Notes: generated from the sequence alone by a model not told the origin. A stretch of 64,000 nucleotides of DNA from Eledone cirrhosa (GCA_964016885.1 OZ024757.1:40238001-40302000), one strand, 5' to 3'. Shown: positions 29,691 through 42,655, numbered from the stretch's first letter. Made by a program: numbers and translations.

Positions 29691-30261
29691 TACCTCTAAG
29701 TAATGACATTATTACCTGCTTATACAAATATAAATACGCGGCAAAATTGAAGGTGGCGGAAACTGGACTGGAATGGCATTTATCTAATATTATCTGCTTG
29801 ATAACAACAACAAGAAGAGTAATAATAAAAATAATAATAATACCAATATCATCAACGTTGACCTGAGGATAAACGACAATCACAGCAGTAGTATTAGCAT
29901 GTGATAGTACGTGATTGCATACGAGATATGGGTGGCCCATTCTAAATAGTTTATCCTGGTTTCCTGGAATTCGTGTAAGATCTTCGCAGTAATGTTGACA
30001 TTTTAGTTATATCCTTCACACAAAGGAGTTTCAATCACTTTATTCAAAAGACAGGATAGCTATTGATATGTTCCTCAATTGTTTGCTTCAATAGCCTGGC
30101 AGTAAATGTGTTTGCTGAGTCTAAGAATATCATTGGAAGAGTGTGACATTAATGGGTTAGCTAAAGGTGTGTATTGTCTTCAAAGAGCCCATGTGCTAAT
30201 GGAGGATGTGGTAGATTGAGATTTTATTTTACTAAGCATGCATCGACATAGTTCTGATGGT

Positions 30262-30361
<100 letters not shown>

Positions 30362-30383
30362 ATATTTATATATATATAAATAT

Positions 30384-30428
<45 letters not shown>

Positions 30429-30433
30429 AATAT

Positions 30434-30492
<59 letters not shown>

Positions 30493-30493
<1 letters not shown>

Positions 30494-31336
30494 ATAAATT
30501 AACGGAGCCTTAGAGCCTCGCCATTCCCTGAAAATAATGTGCTCAAAAGAGAAGAAATCTTCAGCTCTTTAAAATACAATATGTTGAAAAGGTAACACAC
30601 CAGAGAGAGATATACAATGCGCTATCAATAAAACAGGGAAAAAACCACCAGTGTATGGAATCTAATGGTGGTTTTTCCCCTGTTTTATTGATAGCGCATT
30701 GTATATCTCTCTCTGGTGTGTTACCTTTTCAACATATTGTATTTTAATGAGCTCAGGATATCTTCTTTGAGCACATTATACCAGTAATGTACTGGGTAAT
30801 TGCTGGCCTTGTGCCTAAAGAAGAAACAATTATTTACAGGGAATGGCGAGGTTCTATGGTTCCGTTAATTTATCGTGATATTTAGCTCCTTATAACAGTC
30901 TTTCCTATCTCTCTGTTTGGTTGAGCACACTTCTCTGGGTGGTTTTGGGTGCCCTTTCTAGCAGCTCGTCCCTCAGAGGCCACTGGTTTACTGCCCTTAA
31001 ACACGCTGTGACTTCTCTCTCCCACGTGTAGCTGGACAGTCACTTTTAAAATTATCTTAGTGTTGTCTGAAATGTATAGCCTTACACACGCTGAGGAACC
31101 GAGGTTATTCCATTTCTGTCAACAACTTCCTGGCGAAACAGATCTCTGGATTCGTACGTGTGTTATATAGTTATAGAGGTATTTATTTACGCTTTAATTT
31201 ATACTTTTAATTATCGTGGCTATAGTCTGCCTTTCATAGGTTATAGATTCCATACACTGGTGGTTTTTTTCCCTGTTTTATTGATAGCGCACTGTATATC
31301 TCTCTCTGGTGTGTTACCTTTTCAACATATTGTATT
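30493..31336 (+). mobile_element. Penelope-like non-autonomous element: inverted 5' segment plus partial-tandem pLTR with hammerhead
   Basis: 30493-30664 is an inverted copy of the element's own sequence, and 30666-30745 is repeated directly at 31258-31336. A SINE tail is inserted at about 30779-30833. The element abuts (TA)n. Confidence 0.75.
31084..31163 (+). ncRNA. Type I hammerhead ribozyme motif
   Basis: Stem I ACACACG/CGTGTGT; CTGAGGA at 31091-97; stem II CC-GAGGTTATT/AACAACTTC-CT-GG (A-C mismatch at base); GAAAC at 31135-39; imperfect stem III; GTA triplet at 31154-56. Confidence 0.7.
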
Positions 31337-31546
31337 TGATATACATATATATATAGGAGAAAGCGTTTTAAATAATCTCTGTGATCACGAGCGTGTATGT
31401 GTGTGTGCTTGTGTGTGTACAGAAGAGGGGGAAAATACACAGAAATACACGTTGAAGAAAATTGCAAGGAAATTTGTGTTTTTTTATAGAAGTCCGTGTG
31501 TGTGTATAGTTATATGTGTGTGTTTGACACACACACACACATATAT

Positions 31547-31597
<51 letters not shown>

Positions 31598-31809
31598 CTT
31601 TACCGGTTTCTCAGTTCTTATGCTTTTCAAAAGTATAATTGAGATGTAGGTTTGGAAAAGCAGAAGAACTGTGAAACCTGTAGAGGAAATAAATAAATAT
31701 TCTTAAAAAGACTCCAGTTACATTTTCGATGTCTTTCCCTTATACTTTAACCCGTGTAGGACATCTGATTTTTTTATAAAAAAAAAAAAAACCCTCATGT
31801 ATATATATA

Positions 31810-32006
31810 GTTTTTTTTTCTGAAGACAGCATATATATGTGTAGGTATGTATATTCCCTCTGATAGTTTGTAACATTTTTACATAGATCTATATGATATA
31901 TATAACAACACACACATATATATATCCTAGAAACGCTCGTAAAATGATGAATTTTTTAATATAAGGAACTGTTTCTTTGTTTTTATTCATTGTTTTTATT
32001 AATTTA
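31810..32006 (+). mobile_element. Penelope-like repeat fragment with degenerate hammerhead motif (31816-31945)
   Basis: CTGAAGA at 31820-26, long stem II, then GAAAC-gctc-GTA-aaat at 31930-45. It runs into (TA)n. Confidence 0.6.
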
Positions 32007-32015
32007 TATATATAT

Positions 32016-32102
<87 letters not shown>

Positions 32103-32149
32103 GCATATGTTGGCAAACGAGAGAAGAGAGTATTTAGTGCTGAAGTAGA

Positions 32150-32372
32150 GCTCAAGTATTCATTTAAAATAGAGCTCGGCCCGATTTGAACTCCACAAAT
32201 TCGCCAATTTCTGGTGATAGAGAAGTAAACATAATATATAGAGGAAGAATCGATCCTGTTCGAAAAGATGTAAGGCAAAGTTGATTTCGTAGGGAATTGA
32301 ACTGTGAACGTAGAGAACCAAACCGAACACCACAAAGGGTTATTATACCTGTTGTTTTAATCATTCTGCCAA
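32150..32372 (-). mobile_element. Degenerate SINE family A
   Basis: GATGTAAGGCAAAGTTGA..AATTGAACT..ATTCTGCCAA. Confidence 0.6.
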
Positions 32373-32706
32373 TGCATATCCCAGAGTGTTATTACGATCT
32401 TCAAACAATTGTAGGAAAAACTTGTCAAATTTGATGCGAAATCCATTTTGCTTTAAGTAAATCTTAAAGGGTTTCGCCTTTATGATCTTTCCTTCTATAT
32501 GTTTTCCGAGAAACTGACTTTTTCTTTGCTTCTAGTCTTCTATCACATGATTATAAACGGTAATCCATAAACAGACATCACAAAGGAATGATATAATTAT
32601 ACTTCGACAAGTTGAGCAAGAAATTATTGCCATGTTGAACGAACGAAGTCATAACATCAACAAGATGAAAATACACAAAGAATAAATATAAAATATATAA
32701 TATATA

Positions 32707-32782
32707 TAGGGTGTCTCCCAAAAATGTGTATATACTTTGATTAGAATGGTGTTGGAGTGTGCATACAATTTTGGGACACCCC

Positions 32783-32784
<2 letters not shown>
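32707..32784. mobile_element. Tiny Tc1/mariner-type MITE
   Basis: TAGGGTGTCTCCCAAAAATGTGTATATAC ... GTGTGCATACAATTTTGGGACACCCCTA TIRs in TA context. Confidence 0.7.
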
Positions 32785-32852
<68 letters not shown>

Positions 32853-33463
32853 GTATAAATATATGTGTGTCTATATATATAAATATATATATAAATATAT
32901 ATAAAACAAAGAAAGTAAAGTAAAATAAAAACGAAAAACGAGAGGCAAGAGAAAGTAGCAAATCGATAGAGTTAGAAATTATGAAACAGACGACTGAAAT
33001 TAGGAAACGAAAAATCAAAGCCACACAAAGCCGTTTTCCAGACGAGGAGATGGAATATTTATTCTAAATATGTCACGATAATGTTGAGTTTTTGTATGTC
33101 TTGCTATAAACAGTTACGAGGAGAAAGGTACTTTATTATTTTTTTTTTTACATTTGTGATATGATATATATTTATTTATTTAATAATGATAAGCATCATC
33201 TTTAACATCATCACCACCATTACCATTCTCACCATCATCATCATGATTATTTTCTTCACCACCACCATCATCCCCCCCCCCCACGATCACTACCCTCATC
33301 AACACCACTATCATTTCCATCATCACCACCACTGTCACTCCCACTATCATCATAATCTACATCAGCACTACCATCATCCTCATCAGCACTACGACTATTA
33401 TCAACACCATCATCACATATCTATACAATATTTATATATATACAATATATATACAATATATAT

Positions 33464-33505
<42 letters not shown>

Positions 33506-33897
33506 AGTGTGTAAGCTTCTCAGTGTAACTCTTCCGCTTTGATAATTTTTTTACCATTCCTTACGATTCTTTTTTAACAACGACAAAGCGGCAATGTGGA
33601 TTGTATCTTGAAGATGTAAGAAAAATATGAATACTTTTCTTTCCGTACTCGAGAAATAATTTTCTAGCAATTAATTTCTATTTCTGGTACAGGATGAAGG
33701 AAAGAAAATAGACAGTAAAGAGAGTATGAAAGGAAAACATATGAAATAAAATCAAAACCTTCCTTCATTGTTAGAATTATGTGTCAAACTATAATTCAGA
33801 CATTGTCGTTATCACGTCTGTAATTTTGAGCGAAATTTTGTGAACGGTTAGAATGATAGATTTCATTGCTAGTAAATAACGAATAATGATGGATGGA

Positions 33898-33969
<72 letters not shown>

Positions 33970-34451
33970 CACACATATATAAAGACTTCCTCCAAGCATG
34001 AACCTAATATAACTTTAACTTTGCTTCCTATGGTTTCTTTTGTTTTATTGATGAACTATATACATACACACACACATTGTGTATATATATATATACACAC
34101 ACACATACATATATATATATAACACAGACACACACATATATATTTGTGAGACATATGTCTATGATGCTACAATTACAGAAACATTCATATTTTTTACACA
34201 TATAATCTTTCTTCATATATATTCTCTTTTTTTACATCACAATTTATTTGTATTTATGGCGCTTCTGTAATCTTAGAAGTATTTCCTTTATATTCTTTAA
34301 GTCAGAATTATATTTTGTGTGTTAAATTGTCTTTAACATATTTTAAGTATTAAAATATCAGGCTTAGCGTTTTCCAATATTTTTCTTTCATTTTATTCTC
34401 ATTGTAAGTTTTTTTTAAGTATATATATAATATAGTATATATATAATACGA

Positions 34452-34783
34452 CGAATTGGCAGAATCATTTGAACATCGAATAAATTGCTTTGTTATATTC
34501 GTCCTGAATCTCTGCTCTCGGAGTTCAATTTCTATCGAGGTCAACTTTGCCTTTCATCTATTTGAAATCGATAAAAAAAAGTACCAGTCTATTACTGGGT
34601 TCGGTTCTGCTATACCGCATTCTCCATTCCTCCCATATCTCGATAAAAACGTACCAGTCTTTTTCTGGGTTAGATATATCTATATCTCTTGTTCAATTTC
34701 CCCGTATCTCTCTCTCACGTTCATCATTTCTCTTGAAAAAATATATTGTATTTAGACCTGGCGAGGGGTATGGCCTCCACTAG
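34452..34783 (+). mobile_element. SINE family A, alternative-tail variant with internal duplication
   Basis: TCGATAAAA..GTACCAGTCT..CTGGGTT occurs twice. The tail is GACCTGGCGAGGGGTATGGCCTCCAC. Confidence 0.7.
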
Positions 34784-35531
34784 CTTTTACAAATGTCCTA
34801 GGACCGTCATATGTCAATAGGTCATACCATGAATCCTTCAGGTGTTACGGGATAATGTATGCATGGATATTATAAGAATGCATTCATAATTTTTTTGGAC
34901 TCGATAATCACCAAGGGAATGATGTCACGAGGAGTAAATAGGAGTAAAACCGTGACCAGATAACGCTTAACTGAAAGATATGACGAGGTGTGAAAGGGAG
35001 AGAACCTGGGACTTGGTATTCATTAAGCGATATATATTTGTTTAACCAACATGCCTATGATGGTTCTATAATAAACAAACTGCTGCCAGGGTGATTAAAT
35101 CTTTTATAGCAGTTGACTTCTTGGACGAAAATAGCTGATTGAATTAATGAAATGCGAATTTTTACGGTAATAATTATAGCGAGGAAAGAAGTTATTAATC
35201 GCTTAAATAACATTTTGTCACTTTCAATAGTTTTGGTATATTCTTGAGGAATTATGCAATACCTGAAGGGGGAAAAATAATCTATTGCTGTTTGGTATAT
35301 TAAGTCTTTTCACACCACCATAATAATTTCTGAAGATCCAGAGAATATATTGCAGAGATTGTCTCAATAGCTTTGCCTAAAGCTATTATTTTTACAATAA
35401 CGACAAATGTATTTTTGTACAAATGGGAAGTCTTGCAATTTGTTATTCGGCAGTTTTCTCTATTAGTTTGAATTAATTTACACATCTTGTAATACACACC
35501 TCTTTTGAAAGCAGAACTGATTCCAATTGCA

Positions 35532-35564
<33 letters not shown>

Positions 35565-36031
35565 TTTAATATTTTAAATATATTTACGTAATTAAAAATG
35601 TCTCATTCTCTCTCTCTCTCTACTCACATATTTATATGTATATATATATATGCGTATACATGTGTATATATGTATATATATATATATAATATCATATATA
35701 TGTGATGGATATTTTTGTAATTACGTAAATATAATTAACATTTTTATTTTTTTAGTAAAGCAAATTTCAAATTAGTCTTTTCTACTTGTTGCTCATATAG
35801 CAAACACCCCTATACCCGTCAATGAATCAAGAGAGAGAGAGAGAGAGGGAGGGGCGATGGAAGCACCATTATTGTCATTAATATCTCATTCTGTAATTTA
35901 TTTGCAGAAAAGTTTTACAGGTTTCGCTGGTAAAATTCTCTAAAATCAATTTACATTGCAACAGAAAATTACCACAAATACAACTGTCTTTACCTGCACA
36001 CTCTCACACACAAACACACATATAAATATAT

Positions 36032-36077
<46 letters not shown>

Positions 36078-36336
36078 AGATAAATGTCCTAGGAAAACAA
36101 TGCTCGATTTATGGCAGGGTAGCTTATTTAGTAGTTTCATACACTTAATATGTATGTACGACGGTTGGCTCCGGGTCCACGTAATAGCCACCACTGTAGA
36201 GTATTTGTGTCTGTGTGCCCAAAGCGGGGTCAGGTTGGAAGAGCCTTTTGATCTCTAAAGTGTTGGCACTAACTGCACCAATGGTCAAGTTATAGTCCAT
36301 ATGTTAAGTGTATGGAACTTATATATATATATATAT

Positions 36337-36396
36337 ATAGGAACAAGTAGGACCCCGACGGCTGAGCTCAAGCCGTTTCGACGGCTAATTCTGGAC
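36337..36396 (-). mobile_element. 60-bp hammerhead-half fragment (family shared with 42.5 kb and 53.1 kb)
   Basis: Nearly identical to 53162-53221. Minus strand reads GAAAC-GGCTTGAGCTCAGCC-GTC-GGGGTC. It is flanked by TA. Confidence 0.75.
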
Positions 36397-36410
36397 TCAT
36401 ATATTTATAT

Positions 36411-36685
36411 AAAACGAAGAATCAGTGATGCATCGGAACACAATTTATTAACGTATTACAATTGTTTCTCCCTCAAACAGCTCGAGGTACGATCTATTTG
36501 TGGATCGAACCTGACTCTGGATTGGCAACTTCCTCAGATACGTCTAGCGATTTCAAAACAATTGTAATACGCTAATAAATTGTGTTCCGATGTATCACTG
36601 ATAATTCGTTTTCCATATTATTATTATACCATAGAGGGCTCAACTGGCATACCGCCTATGGACGCATCCAAGCAACCTTACTACA
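36411..36685. mobile_element. Penelope-like fold-back element with minus-strand hammerhead motif
   Basis: IR of about 57 bp (36411-36467 / 36556-36612). The plus arm continues into a tail ending at (TA)n. Confidence 0.65.
36451..36543 (-). ncRNA. Type I hammerhead ribozyme motif with palindromic stem III
   Basis: acgtat-CTGAGGA-(long stem II region, inner AGGTTCGATC/GATCGTACCT; base unpaired)-GAAAC-aatt-GTA-atacgt. Confidence 0.65.
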
Positions 36686-37188
36686 TATATATATATATAT
36701 ATGTTATGTAAGTACATATGCATGTATATATATATCTGTGTGATTTGAAATATTCGATTGAACAAATTTTACTGATGTCAACGTGACAATTGCTAGTTAT
36801 ATAACTAACAGTAACTACTCTAGATATTGCAACTGTTTATTTATAATCGATATTAAATCATCTTTTGTTTCTATTTTCTCGCATATACTTTGTACTAAGT
36901 TACAATATTTGTTCAATATATCAAACATTTATCAGCACATTTCACGCCTCAGTATATTTTTATTTATTTCAATTAAAGTATCAAAGTTAAAACCAGTTTT
37001 TCAAAACTTCTCGACATTTTACTAAAACCATTTTGATAGCTTTTAATATGATTTAAATAGACAAAACAAACGCGGCTTCATTATATTTCCTTATTTGTCA
37101 TTACCATTAAATGTAAATTTAAGTGTCTTTCAAAACAGAGAACATGATAACATTACAATACGGCTTCGTTTTGTAGATGCTCATCACG

Positions 37189-37248
<60 letters not shown>

Positions 37249-37384
37249 CTGTTCATGTAAGGTTGCAAAATATGTACATAAATTTGAAAACATATGTATA
37301 TATGTATGTATGTATACATTTGTGTATATGGTTGCAAACAAGTGTAGGTTTGCATTCATCGATTTATATATTTTGTTGTAAACA

Positions 37385-37432
<48 letters not shown>

Positions 37433-37438
37433 CATATG

Positions 37439-37610
37439 TATAGATGTATATATATAAGGTTGCAAACATGTATGTGTATGTAATTGTAGATGTGTATATA
37501 TGTTTGCAAATATATGTATATGTATTTGTAGATGTGTATATAAGTTTGCAATTATATGTATATGTATTTGTAGATGTGTATATAAGTTTGCAAATATATG
37601 TATGTATATA
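37439..37610. repeat. About 42-bp minisatellite
   Basis: About 4 copies of GTAGATGTGTATATAAGTTTGCAAATATATGTATATGTATTT-like units, with degenerate copies in the flanks. Confidence 0.8.
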
Positions 37611-37612
37611 TA

Positions 37613-37667
<55 letters not shown>

Positions 37668-38185
37668 AGCTGCGTATATAAGCTTACAGTAATATACATA
37701 TATCACATAGTCAATTTACTTCAAACAGACCAGTTGAGTTATGCTTGGTTTCTTTTTCAAAACAAAAAATGCACTTATACGCTTAGAATGCCATGCATCA
37801 AACTTTCAACTCCGTAGGTCTCTCTTGATTTCAATGAAACTAAATACATTTGAAACATATAATCCTTTGACAATTTCGAAATATATTTGTGCAACTCGTG
37901 ATTCTTTTTGGTTTATCCTCGAGATTTAGAAAATAATTTCTGTATATTTATCCAATTTTATTTTATTTCCAAAGAATAAGCAAAGTACGCTTACATTCGA
38001 TCGGTTGGTTTATTCGTTAATACAGTAAAGACTGTGTAGTATTAGTTTCGTTTGAGGGTGTGAGAGGAATCGTTACGGTATTTAATCCGTCTCTTTATAC
38101 TGTATGGTATGGTATGGTCAAGTAACTAGTGATAGAGTCGTAGGGGTGCCATATTGACATACGACGTTTCTTGACCATTTTAAAC

Positions 38186-38393
38186 TCGGTGGAGCCCACC
38201 CCTATCTAGGCCTGAGTACAGCAGATTTCTTCCAGAGAGAGGATCAATCGACCCCAGTACTAGACTGCAATTTTGTTTTCATCGACATCGAAGGGATGAA
38301 AGGCAAAGTTGATCTCTGCGGGATTTGCAGAGAGCCAGAAGGAATGACATGAAGGGTCTATCCGACGTTCTAACAACTTTGCTAATTCGTTGC
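38186..38393 (-). mobile_element. SINE family A, alternative-tail variant
   Basis: GGTGGAGCCC..AGGCCTGAGTACAGCAGATTTCTTCCAGAGA plus core. Confidence 0.8.
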
Positions 38394-38725
38394 CTATGTG
38401 TCAAAAGTACCAACAATACGCGGGGTTTTAACTCTGCGTCTTGTCCAGGGGGTGTCTTGTATTCTAAATCGCTTCATTGAAATCGGGATAAATTCCAGCT
38501 TGATGAGACTGGTGGTCTCCAGACAGACTTTAGTGCTGGCAACATATCCGAAAGTTAAAAAGTTAGTTTGGAAATCATAAGGTTGTTCGATCCCTCCTAC
38601 TCTAACACTTAAAATACTCAACTCCCTAATCTCCGAGATATGTTTCCTTTCCAGTAACGTTAACACAAAATACCGTGCAGAGGAACCACATTTCAGCCGC
38701 TTGTATTCACAATATTATTCCTTTC
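38394..38725 (-). mobile_element. Degenerate RTE-type LINE ORF2 C-terminal fragment
   Basis: Minus-strand frames give IQAAEMWFL, TLLERKHISEIRE and FGYVA, resembling the RTE post-RT motifs IQAAEMRFL and FGHV. Confidence 0.6.
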
Positions 38726-39697
38726 TAGAAATACATCGCAAAGCCGAAGAATTTAAGCAGCACTTAGTATATTATGCAACTCCTTCAAACCATTATTTAT
38801 GTAGATAATAAATCAAAAGTGAGAGATATATCCATATGAAATCTATTTAATTTATAGATCCTGAACAGATTTTTTTTTTTTTTTATAGCGAAATTGAAAA
38901 CAAAATTACATTTTGATATAAGTTATTCCGATGTAATTCTCAAGAGCTGGCTTTCTTATGGACGTCATTATCCATTTTGAAAATATAATTGTTCATGTGA
39001 ATATTACTTTGTCCGAGTTATATAAAATCATTTTATGATAAAAGTATAAAATTATCTTGAAAGCAAAAAAATAAACAACAACAACAACAACAACAACGAT
39101 GACGACAACAACAATAATAATAATAATAATAATAAATAAAATACCCCCCCCCCCAAATGTACCACACATTCCACCCCATTCTTTCGTAAAGTTTCATTCG
39201 AAAGATATAATAGACTTATTTGTTGCTTTTAGTGCTTCTATTTAAATCAAAATTTCTATATACTTGTCACTCAGTTTTTGCGAAGAGAACAATTCAAGCA
39301 TTAATTTGTATATTAAATGATCGAATGTGATAGAAGAGTCGCTTTAAGCAACATTTATTCTGAATTTAATAATTGATGTAAGAAGAAAGAAAATTTTTGC
39401 TGCTGTAAGCTGAAATGTGTTACAACAAAACAACTAATATTCTTAGCTAACGCTTGCAGCATGGTCGATGGAATATTGTCTGTATACTAACTCAATGAAG
39501 GTTTAAAAGCAAAGCTATTCTATGTTACATTGAAAATGCCAATTATTTGTACAGCAATATAAAAATTTCCTGTATAAATGTACTGATTTCTACCATAAGA
39601 ACAGTGATATTGTTAGCTTGAGCTACATCATTAAGTAATAATCGGCTAGACATAACGCAAATACTTTAGAAATAAAACCCGTAAGAAAAATAATAAT

Positions 39698-39804
39698 AAT
39701 AATTGTTTCTACTTTTGGCACAAGGCCAGCAATTATCTCAGTCCATTACTGGTACTTTATTTTTTCAACCCCCGTAAGGATGAAAGGCAAAGTTAACCTC
39801 GGCG

Positions 39805-39835
<31 letters not shown>

Positions 39836-40110
39836 TCTACTATAGGCACAAGGCCAGTAATTTTAGGGAAGGAAAGTTGATTAAATCGACCGCAGTGCAT
39901 TGCTGGTACTTTATCGACCTCGTAAAGACGAAAGACGAAGCTAACCTCGGTGAGATTGTAATAATATAATAATATTAATAATTGTTTCTACTTTTGGCAT
40001 AAGGCTATCAATTATCTCAGTGTATTACTGGTACTTTATTTTATCGAACCTGTAAGGATGAAAGACAAAGCTAACCTTGGCAGGATTTGAACTCAGAATG
40101 TAAAATGACG
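39698..40110 (-). mobile_element. Three head-to-tail 5'-truncated SINE family A copies
   Basis: Copies at about 39698-39805, 39830-39957 and 39977-40110, separated by (AAT)n tails. Confidence 0.85.
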
Positions 40111-40829
40111 TAAATATAGACCGTACAACAACATGGTGATAATACAGATGGTGATGATGATGGTGATTGTGATTGTGATGAAAATGGTGACGAAAATGAT
40201 GATGATAATAATGATGACAATGATGATGATGATGATGATGATGATGAGCAAACATTTTAAAAATCCCTGTTAAACCTACGGAACTCTGTTGCATAATAAA
40301 TAGAAACGAGATTGACGCTTGTATACTAATCACTAAATTAAACAACAATGTCGTTGATGATGATGATGATGATGGTGATGGTGATGGTGATGATGATGAT
40401 GGTGGTGATGTATAAGTGGATGACGATTACCTTAGTGATGATAACGATGATGAGAAACTCACAGTATCGTTGAGACGAAGACGATTATGATGGTGATTAA
40501 ACGGACGTTGATTGCTTTGATGATGATGATGATGATAATGATGATGATAATGATAATGATGATAATAATGATGATGATGATAATAAAAAAACAGAACGAT
40601 GATTGCTATGATGTCGATGATGATGATGGTGATGACGATGACGGTGAGGATGATGTAAAAGAGAACGATGATTGCTATGATGATGGCGATGATGATGATT
40701 ATGGTTATGTCAGATGATAATGGTGACGATGACGATAATGGTGATTAAGAGAACGATGATTGCTTTGATGATGATCATGATGTTAATGAGGAAAATCAAC
40801 GACGACGAAAACGATGACGACGATGATGA

Positions 40830-41360
40830 TGACTAACGACATTGATGGTGATGATGACTACGATAACGACATTGATGGTAATGATGATGATGACTAACGA
40901 CATTGATGGTGATGATGATGACTACGATAACGGCATTGATGGTGATGATGGTGAGGATGATGACTACGATAACGACATTGATGGTGATGGTGATGATGAT
41001 GACTACGATAACGACATTGATGGTGATGATGATGATGATGACTACGATAACGACATTGATGGTGATGGTGATGATGATGACTACGATAACGACATTGATG
41101 GTGATGGTGATGATGATGACTACGATAACGACATTGATGGTGATGATGATGACTACGATAACGACATTGATGGTGATGATGATGATGATGACTACGATAA
41201 CGACATTGATGGTGATGATGATGACTACGATAACGACATTGATGGTGATGGTGATGATGATGACTACGATAACGACATTGATGGTGATGGTGATGATGAT
41301 GACTACGATAACGACATTGATGGTGATGATGATGACTACGATAACGACATTGATGGTGAT
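40830..41360. repeat. Minisatellite GACTACGATAACGACATTGATGGT(GAT/GGT)n, 33-39 bp units, about 14 copies
   Basis: Direct reading. It lies within a GAT-rich tract starting near 40140. Confidence 0.95.
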
Positions 41361-41965
41361 GGATTGTATCAATAATCGTTCCAAGGAAACCGGTAGCGTT
41401 TAGGATGTCATTTACTGAAAAGGAAATCAATGATATGATTGCTACACCAGAAATGCTTTGTATATTTCACTTTCAGCTATTTCCCAATATCGATCAGATG
41501 CCGAATCACCATCTCCTCCTCCACCACCTCCACCACCTCCACCTCATCCAACACCACCACATTCTCATCATCATCCATCACTACAACCACCACCAGTAAC
41601 TCGTCATCATCCATCTACACCATCACCTCCACCATCACCTCCACCACCAACACCACCACCACCTCTGAAGCCCTCCCCACCACCACCAACTCTTCCCCTC
41701 CTCCACCACTACCTCCACCACCACAACCTCTGAGGCCCTCCCCACCACCTCCTCCACTACCATCCTCTCCATTCCTATTCTAACTCTCCACAGAAACAGT
41801 TTAGATCTATAACTAACTGACTGATGAACCAAACGAGGGGAAAAGTCGAATACGAATGTTTAACATTCGCCTTATCTTCTTTCTTTCTTCTATCGATCTC
41901 TCTACCTTTCATTCACTTTTTCTTATCGGCATTTTAATATTATTATTATTATAATTATTATAAGC

Positions 41966-42135
41966 TAGAGGGCCGGACGCCATGCTTTGCAGCAAAGAGT
42001 TATGGCCCTTTTTGGTCTGAGTTCAAATCCCGCAGAGGTTAACTTTGCCTTTCATCCTTCCGGGGTCGATAAAATAAAGTACCAGTAATACACTGAGATA
42101 ATTGCTGGCCTTGTGCCTAAAGTAGAAACAATTAT
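41966..42135 (+). mobile_element. SINE family A (short tail)
   Basis: Near-consensus core and tail. Confidence 0.9.
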
Positions 42136-42174
42136 TTTCACCATCATCTCAAACGTGGCTAATACTATTATCGT

Positions 42175-42367
42175 AATAATTGTTGTTACATTTGGCACAA
42201 GGCCAGCAAATAACCAGTGTATTACTGGTACTTTATTTTATCGACCCCGTAAGGATGAAAGGCAAAGTTAACCTCGGCGAGATTTGAAGTCACACCATAA
42301 AGGGCCGTAACTCTTTGCTACAAAGCATGGCGTCCGACCTTCTACTGATACTGCCAATCCCCCGCCC
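42175..42367 (-). mobile_element. Full-length SINE family A, tail-to-tail with the previous copy
   Basis: Near-consensus, ends CTGCCAATCCCCCGCCC. Confidence 0.9.
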
Positions 42368-42525
42368 TCAGTAATAATGATAATTTTTTTATTATTATTA
42401 TCGATGAAATAAAGTACCAGTCACACGCTGGTATCGATTTAATTGACTTTCCTCTTTCCCTCAAATGTTTACCCTTGTGCCTAAATATTATATCTATATA
42501 TATCTATATATATATATATATATAT

Positions 42526-42655
42526 AACGAAGGAATTGTGGTAAGGAACCAGATGGACCATAACGCACCAGAGTACTCAATACTTAGTGTAGTAGAGTGG
42601 GAAATAGCCGTCGAAACGGCTTGAGCTCTACCGTCGGGGTCATACTTTTTCCTAT
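42526..42655. mobile_element. Penelope-like fragment with inverted hammerhead-half segment
   Basis: 42526-42605 matches 53084-53163, and 42605-42655 matches the 53250-53300 arm. (TA)n lies on both sides. Confidence 0.75.

Noticed and set aside
40842-41430. Asp-rich (DDDYDNDIDG) or His-rich ORFs resembling biomineral or beak proteins
   Set aside because: They are open in several frames on both strands because of the GAT-based minisatellite. There is no signal peptide or exon boundary evidence; RNA-seq could revisit this.
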